Assembly (NCBI RefSeq): GCF_021028975.2
Contig: NC_059430.1
Coordinates: forward strand, 72,540,001 to 72,604,000
DNA length: 64,000 bases
Direction of reading: 5' to 3'
Source of the DNA: Sphaerodactylus townsendi
Taxonomy: Eukaryota
The position numbers and the translations under genes are program-made. Below the pieces are notes generated by a model. It ran no database searches and had not been told where the DNA came from. It was given only the letters and a program-made list of their open reading frames with translations. Below, piece by piece: positions 53,174 through 64,000 of the stretch; positions within the stretch are counted from its first letter, which is position 1, and each line of letters begins with the position of its first letter.

Positions 53174-53872
53174 AGAGTTTTTAATCCAAGAGACATTTGG
53201 AGGTAGTTTGTCATTGCCTGCCTCTCTTTCATGATCTCGGAGATCTTCCATCCATATACTAGCCAGGGTCAGGGCTGAGGTTGATGACTGGCCCAAAGTC
53301 ACCCAGCAAGCTTCCATGGCACAAGTGGGCAATTGACCTTGGATTTCTCAGTTCTTAATCTGACACCTTAAACACTACACCACACTTGTTCTCATACATA
53401 CCCTTTTAGAATCATAGATCTGGAGGGAACCTCAGGGGTCATCATGTTCTTCTTGCATAGCATATAAATGAATAATTAAACTGGACTCCAATTATGCAAA
53501 CATATATGCATAGATATATCAAAAATATGATGTACAATATATTCTACCCCTAATACATAAAAACTCACTTCATCTAGTTGCACTTTATATAACTGACAAG
53601 TGCTTGTAGAAGGAACACAAATACTTCTCTTTTTGAACATATATTAATTGTAAACTGGAACCCATCTCAAAATATTAGCATTCAAAGCAAAGTGAATAAT
53701 AAAAAGTAAAAAAGTAACAAAATTGTGCGGTTTTATTCAACCTGCAAATAATATGGGTACATGTATATGATAACTGGTAGAAGAAATTGTATATACTGTT
53801 CTTTGGTATTTCATAGCAATTTAGGTGGCAGGTCTAGTGTAGCTGCTTAATTTCTGTTGTTTTGTTTTGTAG

Positions 53873-54079
<207 letters not shown>

Positions 54080-54145
54080 TAACATATAAAATGTTTTGCC
54101 CTACTGAGATAACCTTTTTTCCTTCAGAAAGATATGTCACACTTA

Positions 54146-54263
54146 GGCGGATTCTGCAAGGGCCAAAAACAGCGCTGTGAAAACGGTGTGAAAACGGTAT
54201 AAACCATTTTAAACCATTTTACACCCTTCCACACCACTGTTTTTGGCCCACGTGAAATCCGCC
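54146..54263. mobile_element. PIF/Harbinger-like MITE, 118 bp
   Basis: ggcggatt / aatccgcc TIR; TTA TSD; 90 nt downstream of exon 10. Confidence 0.85.
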
Positions 54264-54438
54264 TTAGATATTACAGCAGAAACAGTTTTGGAAACTGCAG
54301 CAGCTATATGGGCTGCTGCCTATCTCCTGCTAATGTCTAGCAATACAAAGCATGGTGGCATGGCATTATTTCTTTGGTAGATCTCACTATTTCTTAAAGG
54401 CACTGTGCAGAGATCTGAATAACTATCTTGGTGTATAC

Positions 54439-54556
54439 CAGGGGTAGGGAACCTGCGGCTCTCCAGATGTTCAGGAACTACAATTCCCATCAGCCCCTGT
54501 CAGCATGGGAATTGTAGTTCCTGAACATCTGGAGAGCCGCAGGTTCCCTACCCCTG
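54439..54556. mobile_element. Palindromic hAT MITE, 118 bp, central deletion relative to 7366-7513
   Basis: Perfect long arms; perfect TSD gtgtatac. Confidence 0.93.
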
Positions 54557-55079
54557 GTGTATACAAATGGACTACACTGTTTTTTTAAAACTTCCCGATG
54601 TCTCACTGTATAGGTCTCTATATGCCAGTTGGATTCCCTCCTACTTTAACTTCAGTTCTTATGTGTCTGTATGAATTCACCTTATACAACCACCGTTCCA
54701 TTTGACTGTCCAGTATTGTCCACTCTGACTTTTTGTTATCCAGAGTTTTAAGGTGACACATTCCCCAGCTTGACTGCCACAGAGCCTAGAAATAGACAAT
54801 CCAGTGACTAAAGACAGGCTCTTCCTCCTGCAAGCTTGTGATCTATCATTGTGCTACTACCTATACATTTTTCACATACCCAACAGTGGGCAAATAATAG
54901 TGTTTTCATATATGGAATTCTGTTTCTGTGAAATTAGCAAAAACTTCACATTTTTCAAAAATAAAATGTGGAAAATTCTATTTTATTCTCTGTATAAGAA
55001 TATTGTCATTTGTAACAGTTATTAACAGGTAACATTTTTGGCTCACTATTCAATATTGCATTTCATATATGATATTTTT

Positions 55080-55225
55080 GGCTTTCGCGGCTGGAATCAC
55101 TTGGGTGCTGTGTGGTTTCCAGGCTGTATGGCCGTGTTCTAGCAGCATTCTCTCCTGATGTTTCGCCTGCATCTGTGGCTGGCACCTTCAGAGACCATAC
55201 AGCCCGGAAACCACACAGCACTCAA
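55080..55225 (-). mobile_element. Penelope-like element terminal fragment with partial inversion
   Basis: Inverted arms gtgctgtgtggtttcc.ggctgtatgg / ccatacagccc.gaaaccacacagcac flank a hammerhead-like core. Confidence 0.7.
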
Positions 55226-55325
55226 ATATGAGATTTTTCTTAATTCAGTTTCTTACTGATTGCCATATGTAAATATTCATTTATTTTAATTTGTAACAAT
55301 TATTGAATTTAAGAAAAGGCAGATT

Positions 55326-56241
55326 GGTGTATTCCACACAGCAAATATAACTATGTAGAACACAATACAAACTTTGGGGGGGGGGGGCTTCACACAGGTC
55401 CCAGCCCCAAAATGAGTCTGCCCTGTTATATTTCCCTCAACCCGGGATTTTCAAAAATTGCTAAACCAGTGATCCTTTTGCAAAATCCTGGGTTGGAGCT
55501 GTTCCCGCATGAACTGGCAGGCAGGAGGTGCTTTATTTCCTTCCCTTTCACTGTGCCGTCCATAGTCAGGGAGAACCCACCTGCCACAGCAGTCATTCAT
55601 TATTGCCCTGCCATTGCAGGGAGGCCCCTTTTTCTTTTATTTGGCATGTTGCACATGAGCAGCTACATTAGGCTGACCAGACGTCCTGCTTTTGGCAGGA
55701 CAGTCCTGCCTTGAAACAACTTGTCCCGCGTCTTGCGGGTTTTTTCAAATGTCCCGGGTTTTGGAAGGCTGCCGCACTGCCTTCTGGGGCGCAAGGCAGT
55801 GCGGCAGCCTCCTGCGCGGCCGCAGGAGCGCACTGGCTTCTGGGGTGCTGCCATTTCCCGCCCTGTCACAGGGTGGGAAACAGGAGCGCCCCAGAAGGCA
55901 GTGCGCTCATGCGGCTGTGCGCGCATGCGCAACCGCCCGCCTGTCCCAGTTCGCGAAGGTGACCATCTGGTCACCTTAAGCTACATAGGTGCAGCAGATC
56001 GTATTGTGGGATGATCAGCATGGCTGCAGGGGGTCACTTTTGTATGCCTGTGCAGCTACACATGTTTTGTAGGAAATAAAAAAGAGAGAGAAGCATCTCC
56101 ATGCAAAGGCATGAAAGCAACCTGAATTGTTTCCTGGGCTCCAATCGCTGCCCACGTGGCACGCATGTGAATGGAAAAAAGGAAAACAGGTTCCTTTATA
56201 ACAACTGCAACCCAGTATACATTTGTTGTGTGGAATCAACC
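55326..56241. mobile_element. Older Harbinger-like element hosting a nested hAT
   Basis: attccacacagcaaat / atttgttgtgtggaat termini; homology to 40844-41446. Confidence 0.6.
55669..55978. mobile_element. hAT (Blackjack-type TIR) non-autonomous element, 310 bp
   Basis: TAGGCTGACCAGA / TCTGGTCACCTTA termini; perfect 8-bp TSD agctacat. Confidence 0.9.
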
Positions 56242-57682
56242 ACAGTTTCTACTGGTCTTGACCTCTATCTAGGGCTCAATCTCTGCTCCAAAATCTCATC
56301 GGAGTCCCTGGTATTATCTTTGATTGGAGGCAGCAAATGAAAGATATTTATATAAATATTTTACTGTCTCTCAAGGCCTTCTCAGCTGAAAAAAGGAAAT
56401 GGTGACAGGTTGATTTACAGTACTGTTACAACACAGATGATGTTTCCTGATATTACTCAAGTTTTCAGTGACCAATAAATGCCATGCAGTTTCTGCTAGT
56501 TACTGATTAATTGTGAATGTGTGTGAGAACAGAAGTTACAATCAGTAGCTTTCTGAAACGTCTAGTAAGAATTACTAGCTGTACTTTTCTTCAAAGTTTA
56601 CAGTGGAAAATATCAGATGGCACAAAATTGTTAATAGAATCTGTTAAACACACATTCAAAAAAATTGCAGTTTTCAAGGCTGCATAGGTAGCCATATCTC
56701 TGGGTTTTATTATTCAGTTACCTCTGAGTTTATAATTCAGTTACCTCTTGTATCTAACTAGGCCATAGACATGTTACAGTTTGCTATGAGGAAGCCAATA
56801 TTAAGGCTGGATCTAGCATTTCCTGGCAAATGCTTCTCATGCCTGTGTTTCAGAATTACCATTTTTAGAACGAATGGACCACCATGCGCCTGTCAGCCTC
56901 TGCTGTAAAACTCATTGGTATAAACTGTGATCCACTGATATTAACTTTACTTCATCTGACATCAGTTCGTTATGACAGTTGTTTTAAATCTTTTACATTT
57001 TTCATTTTACATTGTACTTCAGGAACATAGAAATTAAAGATACTAAAATCAAAATACTCTAAAAGGATCTTATGCATGTTGCTGATCATATTAGGAGACT
57101 TCATTAAGGCCCCCCCCCCTAATTTTTCTTAGGTGCATTCATAATTATCAGGTTTAGGACAATCCCATTATAGCAAGCATAAGATGTAACTCATCTGATT
57201 ATCTTTGGGAGCATTCTGAATAATCCACTATTGTTGTCGATACTTGTGGTATTATTATGATGAATAAGTAGAATTGTGGGATTGCTGTGGTGAACTAAGA
57301 ACAATTACTATTTATTGTGGAATTATTTTGGTGTTAGTATAAAACCTAAGGATATATTTTAAGCCCAGTAGCTAATACTTATTTAATAAGTAAGAAACTG
57401 TAAGTGCCAGTGTCACAATTAGAATACACTGTATTAGGGGATATCTATTAATTGCTGTTTTGTGCTGTAGACATTTACTGGGCATGCAATCCAATCAATG
57501 TCAGGTAATTTTAAGACTCACTGATTTAAGTTGAGAGTTCTAAGCATTTCCTTATATCTGATCATAAATCATATTCATCGAATGTATTAGTAATTGGTAA
57601 GTAATCATGGTTGACAAGCCTGTTGTAAGTGTTATACAGATTTCTTTGGATAAAGTTAATTAATTTTAATCATTTCAACTAA

Positions 57683-57919
<237 letters not shown>

Positions 57920-58369
57920 TAACAGCAGCCAAAAGTTCTAGGACAGTCAAACACAGTAGTGTACCACAAGGAATGAGTACTGAGATACTTTTTCGTAATT
58001 CAGACTTTCCCTATTGAAAGGCTTCCTTTCCTGAGCAGACTCTTTCATTTCTTAATATCTTTCCTGCTTCATTCTCATTGCCTTTTGTGGGCTTGTGATT
58101 GGTTCAGCACTTTCAGTTCAGAGGCCAACCCATATTTATGAGCAAGATGAAGATCTAAACATTAACTGGCCTTTGAATCATTAAGATACGTGAATCATTA
58201 AGATAATGCATGTGTCATGAGTTGGTTAAAAAAAGCTTGTTTTGCTAAACCAAGTTTTGAAAAAAAAAGTTGATTCTACAGCCATTCAGAACAGAGTAAA
58301 ATGGATACATTGTAATATCTTTCAAGAACATTTTCTAAGATATATGGCAATGCAATCCTGAGGCTGGGA

Positions 58370-58645
58370 GTAGTAAGAGCAGCAGACTAAGAGCAGCAGA
58401 CTCTAATTTGGAGGATTGGTTTTGATTCCCCACTTCTCCAAATGAAGCCTGCTGGGTGACTTTGAACAAATCACAGTTCTCTCAGAACTCTCTCAGGCCA
58501 TGCAGAAGCAAGCAATGGCAAACTACTTCTGAACATCTTTGGCCTTGAAACTTTATGGGGTCGCCATAAGTCAGCTGTGGTCTGATGGCTGGTGCGCGCA
58601 CATGCACATGCAGGCGCGTGCGCGCGCACACACACACACACACAT
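58370..58645 (+). mobile_element. tRNA-head SINE with RTE/Sauria-like tail and GC/CA microsatellite
   Basis: Head and body match 33308; tail gcaatggcaaac.ac.tctg...ggtcgccataagtc matches the 5S-SINE tails. Confidence 0.7.
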
Positions 58646-59251
58646 ATCCCTCCAAGCTCAGTAGCTTTGGTGGACTTAGAAGATGTGTGTCTGTAAGAGT
58701 GCCAGTGTATAAATATTTCTAATAAATGATAGCGTGTGATGTTCAATATTTCTGAACCATACAGCACAAAGATTATAAAGTTCACACAATCATATTTAAT
58801 GTTCATATAGCTATTCTGGAATGTTCAGTACCATTAGAAGTTAAGATGATAGTGCAATGGTCACCAGCATTCATTTGCTGGCATTTGCAAAAACTGCCCA
58901 AATGCACACAAGTAATATTTTACATTCTGTTCATTTTACACCTTTTCTGGATTTCTTGTAGGTTCAGCAGAGAGCAATGACGGTTTATTTTCATTACCAT
59001 GTAACAATAGAGTATGGAACACTTGGAAAAATTACAGTCAGCTTCCACATGTGTATACAAGTCTATCTCTGTTCATAGAAGCTACATTGCTGTCTGCCAT
59101 GATTTTCCACATCTAATGCCAGTCTTCTCATGCAAAAGCCCAGTCATATGACAGTTACTGTTTTCTGGTATATTTGTCATCCACATGCCAATAGATTATG
59201 TACAAGTGGGAACAAAGAGGAAACATGGATGAGAGGAAACCCCATTTTGCC

Positions 59252-59450
59252 TGGTTTGGTGGTTAAGACCAGGTGGTCTCTTATCTGGTGAATCAGATGT
59301 GTTCCCCTACTCCTATTCCAGCTGGGTAACCTTGGGCTAGCTAGTCTCAGTTCATTCAAAACTCTTACAAGGTGTCTGTTGCAGGGTAAACAAAGGGAAA
59401 GGAGGTTGTTAGCTGCCTTGAGGTGGGGTATAAATCCAAACTCTTCTTCT
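59252..59450 (+). mobile_element. tRNA-derived SINE, internally deleted
   Basis: Body and ggggtataaatccaaactcttctt tail shared with 39390. Confidence 0.7.
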
Positions 59451-60091
59451 TACATCTCCTTTATCATCCTCTGCCTATTCAGCATTATCTCCTTTTTGCA
59501 CCTCACTGTCGCCCCCACACATTTTTACAATCATTGACTTCCCCTAGTTCTAGCTGGAGAGAAAGGGGGATATAAATCCAAATTCTTCTACTTCTTCTGG
59601 TTCTTCTCAAGTGAGACCCCATACAAAATATGCCTCAGAGAAACATTCCGCAAAGCCTAAATAATATGTCTTGGGGTTGATAAAAAGGCATCCTGGGAAG
59701 GCTTTCACAGCTTTCTTTCCAAGATGTCCTCAGGACACCTTACTTTATCTAAAGGAATCTTTTTTAGGGAATGCTTCAGTGCAACTTTCCCCCCTCAAGC
59801 TGCCTGCAAGATGTCTCCTTCCTGACTGTGTGGAATTCAGAGCTCAGGAGGCATCTTATGTTTCCTGCCCAACGGTTTTGCACTCTGGTCAGTTTCACCC
59901 TCAGCTTGTGTCTGACATTTTGTGTGCACCTGAAGGGATTCTCCCTGCCACCATTTGCTGAAAGTTGCTCCAGAATATTTGCTCTTCAGGCTCCAATCCT
60001 GGGTGCCTTTTCAGCCCCAAAAGTACATAGTTGTACTCAGCTGGTCCTGCCAATTCTGGCAATATATAGTTTTCCTATTTTAAAACAATTC

Positions 60092-60323
60092 TTTGGAGGA
60101 GCTATCTTTAAAGATATGCAGACATGCTTAAAAGAATCTTAGCTGCATGAACGACTCTGCTGGAAAAGCATTGGAACCGCAGAGTACACCCATTGAAAAG
60201 CATGTTTCTCAGTGGGTGGTAGACCTGTCCTCCATGGTCCCACCACTTTTCAATGGGAGTCCTCCGAGCAGCTAAGATTCTGTTATGTCTGTCTGCCTAT
60301 GTTCGCAGATAGCTCCTCCAAAT
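60092..60323. repeat. Degenerate inverted repeat (old MITE-like)
   Basis: tttggaggagctatct..gaatcttagctgc / gcagctaagattc..agatagctcctccaaa. Confidence 0.7.
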
Positions 60324-61213
60324 TTATTTTGCTTTTATTTGTGTGTATTTAGATTTTTTTTGGCAGGCCTAGAAGTGTCCCTGGGTCTCATTATTAGTTA
60401 TGGTGACCCTGTTTTGAGAATTCTGTTATCTATATAGGGATAACCACTTTGCAATGAGACATAGTGATTTGTTTGAGTCAGCGGACTGCATAGTACCTGG
60501 TCTTTTTGCAAAGGCCATCAATTTCCAGTGGAGATTAAAAATGAACCATCCCCTTCCTTGTTCAAGCACCAGTCAGACATCTTTGAGTTATTTGTTAATT
60601 CATCATGTCTCTTTGAATGTTATATAATTCATTTCCAGAACATTTATCATTATAATTCACTTGAGGAATTACAGGAGGTGTGTCAGGTAGCTTTATCTAA
60701 TGCAAGTATGCTTAGATGGAAAGAGTGGGCAAATAACTTACATAACTTTCTGGATCTGACATACCAGAATTTCACTCTGTAGGACACTATCAAGTACATT
60801 CTACAGGGTGGAGTGCTTTTGCTTGTTAGATTCTGATTTAGTTTGTAGAAAAACTTCCCTGGCAATATTTCTTATCCCAGAAAGTATTTTAGATGGAACC
60901 AGGAATGTGTCAAGGTTTTGCTGTTTTCTTCGCAATAGATTATATTTTTAAGGTAACTGTAGTGTTTCATCTAAAATCCTGGGGCCTTGACATTTACAAT
61001 GAATAATGTCTTTAAGAATAATCTTTTGTCATAATAAATTAGTAGTCTTTCAAGACCAGACATAATATAGATAATACATAAGTAGAATATAGATCATACA
61101 GACCTGGGATCTAATGCTAGTGCCCTAAGAATATAATTTTCTCCCTAAAATTTTAGAGAAGGCCATAGAAAACCTGACATTCAGTGGCATCAATGCAGAA
61201 GTTAAGAAACTGA

Positions 61214-61665
61214 GGCTCTTTCCGCACGGGTGATATACAGTGGCCCAGGGACAGCAAAAACGCTGTCCCTGGGCTGCTGTTTGCACAGAAGGTGCTGCTG
61301 CATTGCAGCAGGGGCATGAAGTGGCCGCTGTTAACCTTGCTCAACGAGTGAGGTTTTTGCAAAGTGCCGTGTTCTTGTCGGCGCGGTGCAAACAGCACCG
61401 GCGGGAAGACACTGCTTTCCCCCTCCCCTCCACTCACCTGAAAGTTGGAGGGCAGCGTGGGCGGGTCCCTGCAGCCCTCCAGAGCGATGCTGGACGGGAC
61501 GGTGAGTCAAGGGGGGCGATCAGAGGCAGCTCTGTACCGAGTCACCTCACTGGCTGAGGGGAAAGTCGGGGCCGCTTGCACGCTAGCATGCGAATGGTCC
61601 CCGCGCCTCCACCGGCATAATTCATGCCAGTGGAGGTGCATTTTCACGCGTGTGTGGAAAGCGCC
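61214..61665. mobile_element. PIF/Harbinger-like element, diverged
   Basis: ggctctttccgcac / gtgtggaaagcgcc termini; internal homology to 43214-43724; TSD imperfect. Confidence 0.75.
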
Positions 61666-62221
61666 ATATACAGAAAACTGGCTTACAAATTTTTCATACA
61701 AATTAATCTTTTCTCCTTTCTTGATTGATTTTACTTGTCTGTCACTGGCTCTCTTGATCAACCTCTTCTCACTTTATTTATTCTTTAATAAATAGACTTC
61801 AATTGTTAATTGTCTGTTGCAATCTATCATGATCCAGACCCCCGCTTGCTTCCTGGAATCCTGGTTCTGGCCAGTCTTCATCAGCAGGTTGTACACAGCT
61901 CCTATTCTAATCTCAGTGTATTGGACCCAATGACTTCTATTAAGAGGAAGTATGGTGCCTTCTAGGGGCAAGGAAACATAATTCCTGGGGCCCATATGGT
62001 CTTGAGAGCACCAGCTCAGACACTGCTTCCTTGCATAGATGGTTTTTATTTTCAGTTGACTGCTCCAGGAAACTGAATGTGTGATTATCTTCACACACTC
62101 CAGGGTTACCATACATTACAAAGGAGAAAAAACACAATACTGCGGCCTGCCTTTTTGCCTAGAACCAGGCAGTAGGTGATGTGAAGTGCCTCTCCCTGAG
62201 ACACCTGTTCAGCCATGGTTT

Positions 62222-62410
62222 CAGAGGTGGGATCCAACCAGTTCTCACCACTTCTCTAGAAGTGGTTACTAATTTTTTCTGAGTGCCAAGAAGGGGTTAC
62301 TAAAGCAACCTCCCTGCCCAATAGGGACTGGAAGTGCGTGTGTGCGGTGGCGCCACTGTTTGAATCCCACCACCATTGGAACCTGTTAAAATGTTTGGAT
62401 CCCACCACTG
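62222..62410. mobile_element. hAT MITE, 189 bp
   Basis: Near-identical to 34064-34253; TSD catggttt / catggctt. Confidence 0.92.
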
Positions 62411-63461
62411 CATGGCTTCCATTACTTTGGTTCTGTATATTCTTTACAATTTATCTCTACATTTCTCTGCTGTAAAATAACAGAATGATAAAGATGGGAG
62501 AAACTACAGTGGGTTGTATTTTCCTCTTCTATGCAGTTATATAGGTAGCATCTCGAAGCCTAGATGGGGCAGTTTTGGTTACAGTTTTATTGGTATTTAA
62601 TCATTATTAATTTTATTTAAAGTATTTGTAGTCCTCCCTTTAACATATAAGTTGTAACTTAGTAATGTTCATCTGTGATTGGAAAACAACTTCAGTGGCA
62701 GTGGCAGAATTTTTTTTTGCATTGACCAAGTAAACAGTGTGTAATTAACACCTTCATTTGTATACAGTTCTTTATCTGGCAAATAATTCACAGTGTCATC
62801 CAAAGTGGTTACACCCTTCTAAGGTCACTGGCTTCAGTGGAGAAGGTGTAACTCTGCTGAGGATGGCACTGTCAATCATAAATGTTTGTGTTCTTTCTAA
62901 TCAACAATTTTGCTGAAATATGTACTTTCAGGTAACATTTAACATTTAAACGCCTTCAGTATTGGGCACTGCCTTTAGAATTTAAGCTGCTTTCTTTTTT
63001 AAAAATATCATTTACAGCACTGAATGCTTTCACATAACATTCCACTCTTGTAATAATAATGCCTTGTAATAATAAGGCATTATCTGACTTCCTACTGTCG
63101 CATGGAAGCTGTCAGAAGCATAGCTCTACAAGCTGTAATCCAGACCAAGTAATCAATACACTTTTTCTCTTATTAAACAATATTAAAAACAGATCAACAA
63201 AATCAAGGTTTGATTTTTCTGGTACTTGTTATATCTACTTATGTCCCATGAGCACAGGGAAAGCTCATATACCTCTTTACCTAAAATGTATTTTAACATC
63301 CATATGCAAACCATTCATGAATTATTTGCACTGTGTCAATTCTGCAGATTTGTGCCTTCCTTAGTTTTTCCAAATGAGTTATCTCCGCAATCGCATGCAT
63401 ACATGCGAATCACCCTCAAGTCAGGTTTTAGTATTACCACAATTTGGTGTTTATTTGTAGA

Positions 63462-63850
63462 TGCCGTGTGGTGCAGTGGTTAGAATATCTGAATAGTACT
63501 AGGGAGACCTGAGTGTAGTCCCTGCTAGCCATGAAACTCTCTGGGTGACTTGGGGAAAGTCACACCCTCTCAGTTTAATTTAACTCCCAACACTGTGGAG
63601 ATATAAATTCACGTGAGTAGTCATCATGGTCTGAAGCAGCAGAAAAAATGTTTGAGTCCAGTGGCAACTTTTAGACCACTGAACCACATAGTTTTATTCT
63701 TGGTATAAGCTTTCCTGTGCATACTCTTCATGCACATGAAAGCTTATACCAGGAATAAAACTTTGTCTTTTTCTGTAAGGATATAATTTAGAAGAGGAGG
63801 GCCATATACAATACCATGAGCTCCTTGAAGAAAGGGTGTACTGAAAAGAT
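63462..63850 (+). mobile_element. tRNA-derived SINE interrupted by a Penelope-like inverted fragment (about 63610-63770)
   Basis: A-box tggtgcagtggttaga; insert has 33-bp inverted arms at 63690-63722 and 63730-63762; gatataa repeated at both junctions. Confidence 0.6.
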
Positions 63851-64000
63851 TTTGTGTTTGGGTGTTAAGTGCCATCAAGTCACTTCTGACTTATGGCAAC
63901 CCTACGAGTTAATGTCCTCCCAGATGTCCTGTTGTTAACACTCTGGCTCAGGTCTTGCAAACTGAGGCCTATGGCTTACTTTATTGAGTTAATCTATCTC

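Overview
Vertebrate genomic DNA, most likely a squamate reptile and probably a gecko (inferred from the repeat landscape). The window holds the promoter CpG island and coding exons 1-11 of an intact CFTR (ABCC7) gene on the + strand. The 11 exons total 1584 nt (Met1-Glu528), have the same lengths as the human exons, all use GT-AG splice sites, and encode the lasso, TMD1 and the N-terminal half of NBD1 including Walker A and F508. Exon 12 onward lies beyond the window. The introns are dense with transposable elements: CR1, L2-like and RTE-X-like LINEs, tRNA- and 5S-derived SINEs, hAT MITEs with 8-bp TSDs, PIF/Harbinger-like MITEs with 3-bp TSDs, a non-autonomous Helitron, a solo LTR with a 6-bp TSD and Penelope-like inverted fragments. 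I found no convincing new multi-gene system. The best leads are: (1) a 21-nt tandem duplication of the exon 11 donor that offers an in-frame alternative donor in NBD1; (2) a palindromic hAT element in intron 7 carrying a self-masked cryptic poison exon; (3) a young class II-like solo LTR; (4) MITEs carrying the ACTACAATTCCC promoter motif; (5) decayed hammerhead ribozyme cores; (6) bird-like NBD1 prolines and divergent corrector-pocket residues; (7) an unexplained antisense 196-codon ORF in intron 1. Repeat family names are pattern-based, not database hits.
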